A stretch of DNA of 64,000 bases, from positions 28,526,437 through 28,590,436 of the forward strand of contig NC_092672.1 of NCBI RefSeq assembly GCF_964355755.1. Direction: 5' to 3'. Positions 15,201-25,900 of this stretch are shown in pieces; the stretch's first letter is position 1; the number at the start of each line of letters is the position of its first letter. Under the pieces are notes generated by a model. It was given only the letters and a program-made list of their open reading frames with translations, had not been told where the DNA came from and searched no databases. The DNA comes from Antedon mediterranea. Its lineage: Eukaryota; Animalia; Echinodermata. Made by a program: the position numbers and the translations under genes.

Positions 15201-15262
15201 ACATTTCCTGAGATGGGTTTTGGAGCCGGTTCAGGTGCTACCTTATTTTGTACTTCAGCCAT
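248..15262 (-). CDS. CCDC50: CCDC50-like coiled-coil/ubiquitin-binding (MIU) protein, 3' part outside window
   Basis: Ten phase-compatible GT-AG exons: 15262-15193, 14683-14621, 7212-7074, 5319-5226, 4871-4748, 4436-4393, 3414-3288, 2418-2300, 949-863, 349-248 (323 codons, no stop). Translation MAEVQNKVAPEPAPKPISGNVVKVRQKFGVLEDGALAHTLQEEEFSDHYTGNISRRRTVRKDIKTAKEL...IEEQDKETAKGL...DEEIAKQLQ resembles the CCDC50 N-terminus as recalled (FAVLEDHTLAHSLQEQE...LEQQDCEIAQEIQ...DEDIARLLQ). Confidence 0.85.
380..691. mobile_element. Family B TTAA MITE, degenerate
   Basis: ACATGTATTGTCCCC...GGGGAACAATATATAT termini; interior shared with 60769-60985 (CATTGTCTGACAGACAA, CCAGTTTTTGGTCAAAATGAA). Confidence 0.6.
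1607..2206. repeat. 17-18-bp minisatellite (AGGGGACACCTCTATT[C]A)n inside a Tigger/pogo-like MITE
   Basis: About 500 bp of tandem units between AGTAGAACC and TAATAGAGGTTCTACT. Related degenerate pieces at ~3881, 7970-8425, 10626-11190, 33660, 36379, 43810-43944. Confidence 0.8.
2545..2684. mobile_element. Tourist-like MITE copy
   Basis: AGCTATGTCTACACTATCAAA...TTTGATAGTGTAGACATAGC. Confidence 0.8.
3447..3778 (-). mobile_element. tRNA-derived SINE with Deu/Nin-like core
   Basis: Minus strand: A-box TGGTCGAGCGGTTAAG, B-box GGGTTCAAG, core ACCGTAGGTCC...GCACTTTAAAGAACCC...AAGAAGAGTAGGGG..ACCCCGGTG. Second copy at 41890-42170; fragment at ~4480-4720. Confidence 0.75.
5824..6121. mobile_element. 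~300-bp GC-richer MITE with 3-bp TSD
   Basis: AGCCCTTTTCTCACA...TGTGAGAAAGGGGCT flanked by ATA/ATA. Confidence 0.6.
8987..10106. mobile_element. TTAA-targeting MITE family B (Kolobok-like), hosting the family A copy
   Basis: TTAA|AGATGTATTGTCCC...GGGACAATACATCT|TTAA. Related termini at ~380-691 and 60769-60985; related fragments at ~8630-8850 and ~55140-55340. Confidence 0.7.
9113..9734 (+). mobile_element. TTAA-targeting MITE (Kolobok-like), family A, complete copy
   Basis: Ends AGACCCCTTCCCT...AGGGAATGGGGCT flanked by TTAA/TTAA; near-identical copies at 11992-14563 and 27849-28273. Confidence 0.8.
10701..10845. mobile_element. Harbinger-type MITE
   Basis: TAA|AGGGCCTGTCACACCTG...CAGGTGTGAAAGACCCT|TAA. 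Confidence 0.65.
11523..11676. mobile_element. Tourist-like (Harbinger-type) ~150-bp MITE, high-copy family
   Basis: TIR AGCTCTGTCTACACTATCAAACT with TAA TSD. Other copies: 2545-2684, ~6660-6778, 23028-23187, 28277-28418, 31434-31558, ~33690-33814, 34381-36358 (split), ~40311-40420, ~41510-41615. Confidence 0.85.
11992..14563 (+). mobile_element. Kolobok-like family A copy, split by the 2-kb insertion and 3'-truncated
   Basis: 11992-12041 plus 14049-14563 match 9113-~9665 almost base for base. Confidence 0.8.
12042..14048 (+). mobile_element. Non-autonomous TIR element with 7-bp TSD (hATw-like), nested in a Kolobok-like MITE
   Basis: TIR TAGGTATCCCAATGAAA / TTTCATTGGGATACCTA; CATATAT on both flanks; it interrupts the 11992-14563 element. 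Confidence 0.85.
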
Positions 15263-15549
15263 TATATTTTTCTGTTAAACTATGAAAATCAATTACAAAA
15301 GTAAAACAACATCACCAAATTCCCGATTCCACAGAATTTAACACACAAAACAACAACACAAAAACTTCGACAAAAACTGTACTTGATGGCGCTATAAGGT
15401 CAAGGTTCAAGTGTTGGAGCTTTATGATTGGATCTAAGAATTATTTGAATAGCGACTGCGAAAATCAAATTCACTACTTGCGACGAAAGAAAAAGCTTTT
15501 CAGAAATCGGTATTGTTTGTCAATAAATTTGCATCTTTAAACTTAAAAG
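15263..15549. promoter_or_regulatory. Putative bidirectional promoter / 5' UTRs shared by CCDC50-like and RACGAP1
   Basis: Under 300 bp separates the CCDC50 ATG (15262, minus) and the first RACGAP1 donor (AAG|gtatgt at 15550). Contains an inverted CCAAT (ATTGG 15427-15431), a CHR-like TTTGAA (15444-15449) and GATGGCGC near 15386. Confidence 0.55.
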
Positions 15550-16114
15550 GTATGTCATACTATTATTATATATTTTTCTTTAAGGTTTTTTGAACACTTA
15601 TTTTTTACAAATGCAAATATTAAATGTAGTAATCTACGATAAAAGAGTATAAATATGGGAAGGCTTGGTCAACAATAAATGACCGCTGGAACTGGCGCGA
15701 GCAAAAAACCATGCCACCATGCCGCCTCCTTGATAGTTATGCCAGGCCTAGGTAGGCTAGTGTTCATGAATTGCAGAGAAAAATAAACGGCCTAGCCACA
15801 GGGGGTTGCTAGTGGAATAGGCCAGTATAATTCTTAATAAGTGTAGGCTAGCTGATGATGGTTGAAGTTCAGTCAAGTACAAGTTAACAATCAATTCCTA
15901 ATTAATTTTTGAATTTCTTTCACTTGACTGTCACTTGTTTTTTTTTTTACAGGCAACAAGATTCTTCTACTTCTAGACTAGGCCTAGGCCTTTTTTCAAT
16001 TTGCAATCCTTTATTCTCTGAAATTTTAATTTGTCAAATATGGCCTAGGCCTATGTTCAGTATCCTTAAAAAATACATTTTTATAGGCCTACAAAGATAT
16101 TATCAAAATTTTTA

Positions 16115-16916
16115 CGCCGTGGCTAAAGATACGGTACTGTATTCTAACTTCGGTTTACTAAGGTACGGTAAAATTGCATTACGTCATAACCAGCCAATGG
16201 GGTGCTGGTACGTGTGTGACGTCATCGCATAATAAGGACTTTGGATTTTTTTCATATCGCGAAAACAGTGATCAACCGCATTTTCTTTATGCTTCATTCA
16301 TGGAGGTATTTTTATACCTCCATGCTTCATTTATCGCCGTCGTGTGTGACAAAAACTAAATGTAGCCTACCTTTGTTGTTATTATTGAAAAAAACATGTT
16401 GATTTTAATTCTAGAATACAGAAAGCCGTTTCAAAAGAGGCCTTAGGCCTACTTACTACGTACTATAAGTATAACCTCATATGAGTTTGTTTGTGTAGGG
16501 AAAGCGATGCCAGGTTGGGGCCAGCTGCATGTGTGCGCTTATTTCTGTGACTCAGCTCTGGGGCTACTGTCTAAATCATATTATTTGAGGGCCCCTTTAT
16601 TGTCCGCATTTGCTTGTTGTTTATGGTCACCATTGTAAACAAAGTTTAATAAAAAATATAGTTCTAAATCCCGGTCTAAATAGGCCATTTGGAATAAAAA
16701 TAAAACCCTCATCAGCGCACACACATCCATGCAGTCTGGCGCCACCGACAAGAATTCTCTACACAACAGACGCGATATTAAAAAAAATCCAAAGTCCTTA
16801 TACGATGACGTCGCACACGTACCAGCACCCCATTGGCTGATTATGACGTAATGCAATTTTACCGTACCTTTAGTAAACAGAAGTTAGAATACGGTACCGT
16901 ATCTTTAGCCACGGCG
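16115..16916. mobile_element. Long-TIR MITE with 9-bp TSD (Mutator/MULE-like) in RACGAP1 intron 1
   Basis: ~145-bp inverted arms beginning CGCCGTGGCTAAAGATACGG; AAATTTTTA on both flanks (16106-14, 16917-25). Confidence 0.8.
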
Positions 16917-16998
16917 AAATTTTTAATAGGCCTAGCCTAGGCCTATATTAAAAAAACAGAATTGATTTTTTTTTTTTACAGGTGTAATTTAAAGCAAA

Positions 16999-19900
16999 AT
17001 GACAAAGCCTCATAAATCTATAGTGGCGGTTCTTGATGAGATAGTTGCTTACTCCTCAGCTTGCTCTAGAGGAGATGAAACGGGTAAGAAGCATTAATTT
17101 TTGTTTGTGCTAGGCCTAAATTTATAGAGCTCTCTAATATTATTTAGGCATTTCTTTCACTCAGCTTTTTGCAATCAAACACTCGCCATGAGGCCACGTA
17201 TAAATTTTAAAAAGTGTAGGCCTAGTTGATCGTTGATTCACCCAGATTTTTGTGATCAGACATTCGCAATAAGGCCATGTAAACATTTTAATATTGTAGT
17301 ACATCATTGACATTGATGAAGAGGGAAGGTTTTTTTTTGTAAGGTACAACCCAGAACAAAATGAGGTATGATGAGGATTTTTAATAATACTTGTGTATTT
17401 ATTTATATTTACAATTTTTAATATGTAATTTCATGCCAGTTTTACATGTATTTCCATATTTTATTATGGACAGTATGTTCCTTGTAACCACCTTTTCTTT
17501 TTCAACTATCTCCAATATTACATTGTTGGACACACTTACATTTCTTTGTTGTATCATCTCTTTGGAAGAACTCCCACCTTTTGTCAAGCATTCACCCATT
17601 TAAATGTTAAAACTCATTTATTTAGCAATTTTCAGGATACCATAACCATTGTGTGTGTGTGGTGATTTCAGAATCGTCTGCCCTGCATCCCAGGATGATT
17701 ATAAAATCAAATTACATTTATTTACTTATTTACAGACCCTGATAATAAATAATGAAATATAATAAAAAGATAATGAAATGCAAAGCAATAGATAATTGAT
17801 ATAATGTAAACAGATTTCCTGGAAAGATGAGAAAAAAATTCTTATATAGCAAGCCTTAAAAAAAAATGATAATGAAATATATTTTATCATGTCAGTCATT
17901 TAGAATTTGTTTTCTATGTCCAGAAGGGAAACCTAAAGTAATTAATGCAACATAAATCAGGCTTTGTCTTTTAAGGCGAGCGAGTGCGATCACTCACCTA
18001 ACGCACTCCTAAACTGCCCTTGAGGAGTGCGATTTACAACACGCCTAAATTTGGTAAACTTCTACACCAAAATACAAACAGCACACCTACAGCACCCCTG
18101 AATGTATTAAGGAGTGCAATTTGTAGCACACCTATAATTTTCATAAGACAAGGCCTGATAAATGTTTGATTGTCATTTATTATTAGAATTTTTGAAGTTT
18201 GCAAGGAACCAGGAAGATTGTCGATTGAAATGGTTAAAAGCAGAAGAGGAAAATCGTATACTTCAAGAACGAATCTTTCAGCTTCAAGCCGAGAAAGAGG
18301 CATTAGATGTGAAGTTGAAACATGCAAGGTAATTTGTTTTTAATAAATATAATTCCAAACACTACAAAAGATCAACTATGATTACCTTACTTCAATGTCT
18401 ACTATTCAATTCAACATTTATTTCGACCAAAATCAAACATAACACACATTTACTAAACAAATAAAACATAACAAAAAAGTATCATTTGGTCAAAGGACGA
18501 CAGAGACTCGAACAAGTCTGTCACTGTCGTCCCCTCCTCGTAGACACAATTCATAAGAAAAAAGAATTACACCAAGTACACATAATCAATTTGTGTGTGT
18601 TCAATAGACACATGAGAATATTAGTTTAGAAATGAGAAACTCTTTCAATTCTAGAAGTTCTCTTACTATGGATATCCCTATCACTTTCCCATGAAACATG
18701 TTTTGAATCGCTACCACCAACCTATGTTATTGGGGAACTTATGCTGGGTCCTGAATTTATTCCTTCAATATTTAAAAAGCAAGTCAGACATTGTGGGATA
18801 ATCAATAGAAAAATTATGCAAATTGATTTTAACACATTACAGAGCAAAAGACAATGATCTCTTTTGTTTAACCATTAAAGTTATCCTTTAAAGGAAATTA
18901 GCTTTTATAATATTTAACAATAGGAGTCAGGAACACACCTTATTTAGGGAACACCTTATTTAATGCACCAATAAATTCTGATACAATACAATACATGATG
19001 GTAGGCCTAATATAGAGGAACATTTACTGATCTCTTTTCTCCAATTGGGGCTCAGGCTATAACATCTAACTTTATCATGGCTGTAAATCAAGTTTGTAAT
19101 TGGTTAAAATGTGTTAAAGAAAAGAGTAAGTTGCAAAAGAAAAAGAGAAAATCCATTCAGTAAGTATTTTGTAAATGTACATGATCTTAATAAATTTTGA
19201 ATCATGCTAGGAATAGGTATCCCAATGAAGCGGATTTTCGTTACCGCGATTTTAACACGTTCGTGAAATTTCAAAAAGTGACGTGTCTTTGAAGTTAAAA
19301 ATATACTATTTCTGATATACACATGTGAATAAAAATTATATGTCTGGGAAGATCTTGTTTAAGGGATTATTTTCATATATTTTTAATCTATGTTTATTAA
19401 ATATTTTAATAGAAAACGCGAGTTAAAAATGAGGTACAAAAGCCGGCGAGCCGAAATCCGCGCGCTAAAAAATAACTTTGGAAAACACCTACCCATTTTC
19501 AAAACACGATCGCACGAGGTCCATAATAGGTGGTGGAGTAATTTTTGTTGTATGTTATCAGGCTTTAAATACTCTTTATTTTGATATGTAAATCGGTTAT
19601 TATTATTATGTACATCTGCCTCAAATGTCAATTTTAACGATAAAAATTGAATTTTTTAGTCTTTCTCATTATCAAAATCTGGCTAATTTAGTATTGAATT
19701 GAAGCTAATTTATATTTCTGTTTGATAAACCACATCGTTTTATTTGACTTTGCGTGGACCTCGTGCGAAGAGGCCAACAAGACCAACCACTGAAAAAAAT
19801 AATCCCTACCATAAATATCAGTGTTTACCATTTTCCTTACGGGGGGATTCAGTTCTCCGTTTATTACTAAATTATCGTCGCCCACACAATGTGCATGGTA

Positions 19901-22900
19901 TGCATGTATTAGCGCGTTAATTAATGATTGGATAACCCCTGCAGTGGACTGTTCCATTTTCTGAACTAGTCTTCGCCGCACACGAGGCATGTCGAAAAAT
20001 GTCGCCTCTCATGGAATATTTGCTTCGAAACGTCAATTTTACCGATTTATTAAATTATTTAATAAGTGGAATATTTATAAATCTACTATATAAAGCAAGT
20101 ACGTTAGGAAGAAATGTACCGAAGAAATTTAAGAAGCTTTGATTTTGCTATGCAGCGGCCGTAAGCCATTGTATGTAGGCGGCCGAAACGCGCTTTGGCC
20201 TGTGTTGCCGTTGTATGTCTACGCTGTTTCTAGGCCTAAATTTTATTCCGTATATTTCAATTCAAAGTGCAACTTTCGGTTAGAATAATCGAAAGGGAAA
20301 TAAAATTAAACATGCTACAATTATACCATTGAGGTAATTACTTTGTTAAATAAAAAATTTCTTCCCGATATTTCTTAGGCAGAATTTAGCGTCAGGCTTT
20401 TATTTAGACCTTGCTAGCTAGGGGCCTATCTTAACTTGTAGTAGGCGCGGCCGAGTCTACGTTCGGCCCGGCGCTCCAAATGGAATCGAACACATAATAA
20501 GCACGGGCTTAATTCTTATTTTTGGCGGTTCGAAAATCAATTTAAATAATATATGATTATAAATATAACTTTAAATACTAGAATTATTAAAAAAATGTAT
20601 ACTTACGAAAAATAATATTTAATGAAAAGAAACAATACCCACACAGTTTTTTAACGCAATATTTTTTTTTCTTCACATTTTAACATTTTTTAACAATATT
20701 TTATGTTGTATTTCAGAATTACCTACCTGTCAATATAAATAACCTTACTAAAATACATATTACATTTTATGCAATGCAAAAAAAAAGAAGTTAATTCACA
20801 CATTGGTTCAAAAGTTATGAATCATTTAAAGACAGGAACTTTTTGGGCATTTTTGAGACATTGGGAAAATCACGCGTAAAAAGCCCTCGGACGAATTTTG
20901 TAGGGCGATATCTAAAAAAAAAAATGTGGAGGACACCCAAAAAAAAATTTTTCTTGTACAACTCTGTTGTATCTATGGGTTTGGAAAAAATAAGAACTTT
21001 AAAATTATTAGTATAAAAGTTATAACCCTTCAAAAATGGGTTCAAATATAATTAGAAAAAGTGCCATTTTTCAAGCAAAAATCACTGTTTTTTGGGCACT
21101 TTAACGGACCATAACTTTTGAATGGATAATCCGATTTCAATCATTTAAATTGCAAAAGTTTATGTTCAGTAAGTTCCTTCTGATTAACTGAAAGAAAAAG
21201 TACCATCATTAATTTGAATTTTTACATTGGGATACCTACTAGGAATTAATATAATTTAAATTTGTGTGCCTATCTTACCTGGATAAACATTATGACCTTT
21301 TTCCCCATTGAAAAACAAAAACTCAAAATAAGTTTAAAGATACCCTTTCAAGAAAGTGATCTCTCCCAAAGACCCTTGGAATGACCTATAATATTTTCCA
21401 GATTATTTGAGTTTCAGAATTCATTTTAAAATGGACCTGAAATGGAATTTCGATTTTCAAGAAATTCACACATGTTATTTAAATGTATCAAATTAACACA
21501 AACCCATACAAATAAAAACAAAATGTATATTATTTTGAGTAAAAACGAAATTTTAAGATACCATGGTAAATTAGCGAAAATTACTCACGCCATTGCAATA
21601 TTCTATTTCAACGGCCGTCGGAAGCCTCTATATTCACGACGTCACATATACACACGATGATCGAGAGCGTGTATGCCGCCCGATAGTCAGTGAATGATCG
21701 ACGGCCTGGAAAGATACGCGAAGCGTTGACACTAATACTAATTTATTCAATATCTAATGTTGTTGAAATATAGGTCCCTAAAATGTACTTCGTTTGTTCT
21801 AAAACCCGAATTTAGAAGGCCTACCTCCCAAACCTTTACTAGGCCTAGGCCCCCAATCCAGCGCGCGGAGTCGATCCACCACCCACATCATGCGGCGAGG
21901 CTCCGTTTCATGTGCATCCAAGGACCAAAGCGATATCAACAACTTGCTGCGCTCATTGTCAAGCCAAAGTAAAATATGAATAAAATTCGTTTTCGAACTG
22001 CCTGATTCGTGACAAATAAATTATCATCTCATATTACTAATTTAATTCTGCTAAACTAAAAACTAAAGAAACTAACACATTTTAGCAGCAGTATAAATTA
22101 CGAACGATATACAAAATACACGAACGGAAAATATTGATACGCATCATTGCGCACGGAGCTGTATCCCGGACAACGTTGCCAGGCCAACTTCGGTATTACC
22201 AGAAAAAAACCATTGATTTTAAGATTTTAAATCGTCATTTACTCGATGAATAACCGTTTATACGGTAATAATTTTATCTAAAAAAATTCTAAATATGTTT
22301 CTGCAAATGCACAAGCATTTTTTAGAAAATACTCCATAGATTTCAAGAGTTATAGCCAAAAAACTGCAAATTGTCCATTGGAGGGATAGGAATATATTCG
22401 CAAAGTGACGTCACCCGCGAATTTTTTTGATTTTCAAATGGGGCTTTCCCCAAAAGGGCCAATTTATATTTTGTAACAATATACATTCTAGCAACACCTA
22501 ATAGCCCCAAAACATCATTCTAAAATGAAAAAAATCGAAAATCCATTTCAGGTCCATTTTAAGGGAGAAGAAAGCAACGATCCTTTAGGGGTTAGTATTC
22601 AACTACGGTAGTCGCTAATAATCTCTTCAAACTTCTCGTATAGAAACAGCGAGGAGTCCAAGCAGACACAATGCATTGGATAGACGTCCTGTCCTCTTCG
22701 TTTCACCAATCAGAAATTAGATAAATAATAATAGAAAAATACTATAAATTAAAACATGAATTACAGTATAATTTGTATTTGGTAGGAAATTTGTAATTTT
22801 AAATAATTTAAATATAATAATTTTCTGTTACAGAAATCAAATTGACATCGAAATGCAGAGACGGAGGAAAGCTGAAACAGGACAAGAGGAACTGGTAAAC

Positions 22901-25900
22901 TGACTATATTTCACTTTCTTTCTGTTAATTAAATAATTAGTAAACTTTTAGGGTAAATTAAGTGTGAAATTCTTCATCTTATTGTTATGTAACTCGGGAA
23001 TTAGAAACGTCTTTGATTCTATTCTAAAGCTCTGTCTACACTATCAAACTAGTTTGACAAAAAATGTGATGTGCCCAAATATGGTAGTGATATGCTCACA
23101 TATGGTAGTGATATGACATCATCATGTACATATATGGGCACATTACATTTTTTTTGTCATATAAAGTTTGATAGTGTAGACAGAGCTTAAAAGGAACCTA
23201 AATGTTGACAGATTTTTCTCTCTTTTTTAGGATCGGCAAGTTTGCCTTATCCGTGAGTTGCTAGGAGACGGTAAACTGAACACTTTAAATGATAAAGATC
23301 GGGAAAGTCTAGCCTTCCTGAATGGCACCGGTTACAATCAAAATGGCACACCGATCCGTAGGTTATCAGCCATCGACGAATCTGGCGATTTGCTATCCCC
23401 GTCTGATATCAGTTACGATCACACGGAAGATGATCTGGATACGTCCTACCTTAGAGACGGAAAGAAGTGGCGTAAGAGGTATGCCCAGCCTACACCACGA
23501 AAGGTATGTAGTCTATAGAGGCTTACTGTAGGATGGCTGTCAAATTACTGGAAAGAATTGGCCATTCTTAAAAGTGTGGTTCTCATTAGGAATGCAAAAC
23601 AAGGACGTAGATATAAGCAGGTTGACCAATGACAAGCAAATAATTCATCGCTTGGTCAAATCACCCTTGCTGCGCTTATGTCTTTGCATTGCATTCTAGT
23701 GAGAACCTAGTTTAAACAGGTGGTTGATTGAAAGAAAAAGTTATCATCTCTCATGCCACCTCAGCCGAACTATCCAATTATATTATCTTTTAAATATGAA
23801 CTCAAAACATTCAATTCCAACTGGAAAACCATCAAAACCCATGAATTTATTTTCACATTTTTAACTGTACACTTCCCGTCAAGGCTAGTTTAATAATTAT
23901 TTCGTCAGGGGAAGAATAGTAAAAGGCTTCCTACTTTTTTGGAGTTTTATGTGGTTAAGTTATCAGATGGCCTATATTGTTTTGTCAACTCTGTAACATG
24001 ACAACAGTGCTGATTTTTCCATTTTCCCCCTAACTACAGTCGACTCCGCCTAAGTCGAATCTAATGGGACCGGTATAAAAATTTGAGTTACGCGAACTTC
24101 GACTTACAGATTGCAAAAAAAAATGCTAGGCCTAGGTTCACTCACTAGCCGCTCTATGGCTAGGCCTAGTAGACCCTGCCCTGTCGCGATTGCGGCCCAC
24201 GCGATGAGCCTTCTTGAATTGAGTTTGCTTAGCTAGCTAGCTAGGCCTAATAAATGCTAAGCCTCTTTTATCGGCAATTATAAACTGTATTTTCTTTTAT
24301 GGTTTAAGCCCAAAACAATACGAAAATGTATAATAAATACATTTGGGTTCTTATTCGAAATCGGTATCCATTGTTCATTGCAATCTGTCTAGCACAAAAT
24401 AGGTACAGTACCCACAAAACGTCACTCAAGTTCTCAACTCTGAAATAACTCATACACTTATACACTAGCGCGAGTTGTAGGACGCCGCCGCCTATACTAT
24501 ACAACCTGCTTGAGAAAACGATATGGTCCCACATTATCCCCTCTGTCGTACGTTTCTCATCGGCGTTTTAGCGCGTTGTTGCCGCGTGATTTGTGACTTC
24601 AAATTATACTATATAAATCACTAAAGAATGTGTGTATTTGGACCGCAAAAAGACGTCGCAAGTGTATATTATAAAATACCTGTTTTTCCATTTAAGTGCT
24701 TGTAATCCCATAATTGTGTTAATATATTCATTTCATAGATCTTTCATTTGATCTAGATTTAATTTTCCAATCAATTTAACATCATTATTTTGTCATTACT
24801 AAATTGGATCAGGTGATTTTAACTTGCAATTAAATATTCTCAGAAAATTACCTGAAACCGGTCAATGCGTGTCACCAGTTAATTTGATTGGATGTGCCTG
24901 TGGTGTTGAGTGTAGTGATTGACACTTCAGGATGTAGACAATAATGAACGCAATGAATACCTAATTAGTTTGAACTTTTGTTAAATAAGCACTTCATAAT
25001 TTTTTTCAGAGGCCAAGTGCCCCACCCTTGGAAGAAGATGATACACCACCAAAGAAGAGGTCTATTGAGCTTACAGCAAATAAAGTATGTATTGTTATTA
25101 TTGATGATAATTATTTATGCAACATTGTCACAAATTGTAGAATTTAATTCAAGGTGACATTTGTTACAAGCATGCACAAGGTACTCTACAAAAAGTTTTC
25201 TAAAGGCCAATTCAGACTGCGTTGTACGACGAGGCCTGACAAGTCATCTTGTAAGGATAAAGGTACACATGTTGAATGTTCCCAGTGACCTAAAAAGTAC
25301 GTCTAACCATATCTCAAGACGTCTCGTCTGGATTCAACTTGGACATCACTGACGAGTTTATAAACGTTTCATTGGGCCTCATCCGTCATATGATGCAGTC
25401 TTATTTGAACTTAACCTGTTAAGCTGCTTTCACATCGCGCCCGGATTCGGTCCGGCGCCGTGAGAAAATATCGCGAGCGTTGAGCGCGCTTTCACATCGA
25501 GCACGAATTCGGTTGTTCGTGTCACGTACGTTTATTTTGAATTCAACCAAGTGGAACCAACATTGCAATTTTTGCAATGGAAATCTTTGACAGCGATAGC
25601 GATGATCTTGCAATGCTTAGCCTCTGGCTAAACAAAAAACGCGAACGACAATGGGTCAACATTGTCAATAAAAAAAGAAAGACGCATGGTCAGTTCGAAA
25701 CTTTAGTCAGAGAAGATCTTGAAGTGGATCCCGACAAATTTTTTAATTTCTTTAGGTAAGTCTCTAGGCTAACTCATCTACTGTTTAGTGTGTGTGTCGA
25801 TGTCATGAACTTAATTGTTAATTATAGCCTAGTCCGACGGTCAATTGCAACAATATTATGTCATGAGTTTTTTCCGTTATCTTTTTAACTGAATGTGAAT

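Noticed and set aside
24038-24560. pogo/Tigger-like element (CAGTCGACTCCGCCTAAGTCGAA start)
   Set aside because: Only a left-end-like motif is visible; no matching right TIR or convincing transposase remnant.
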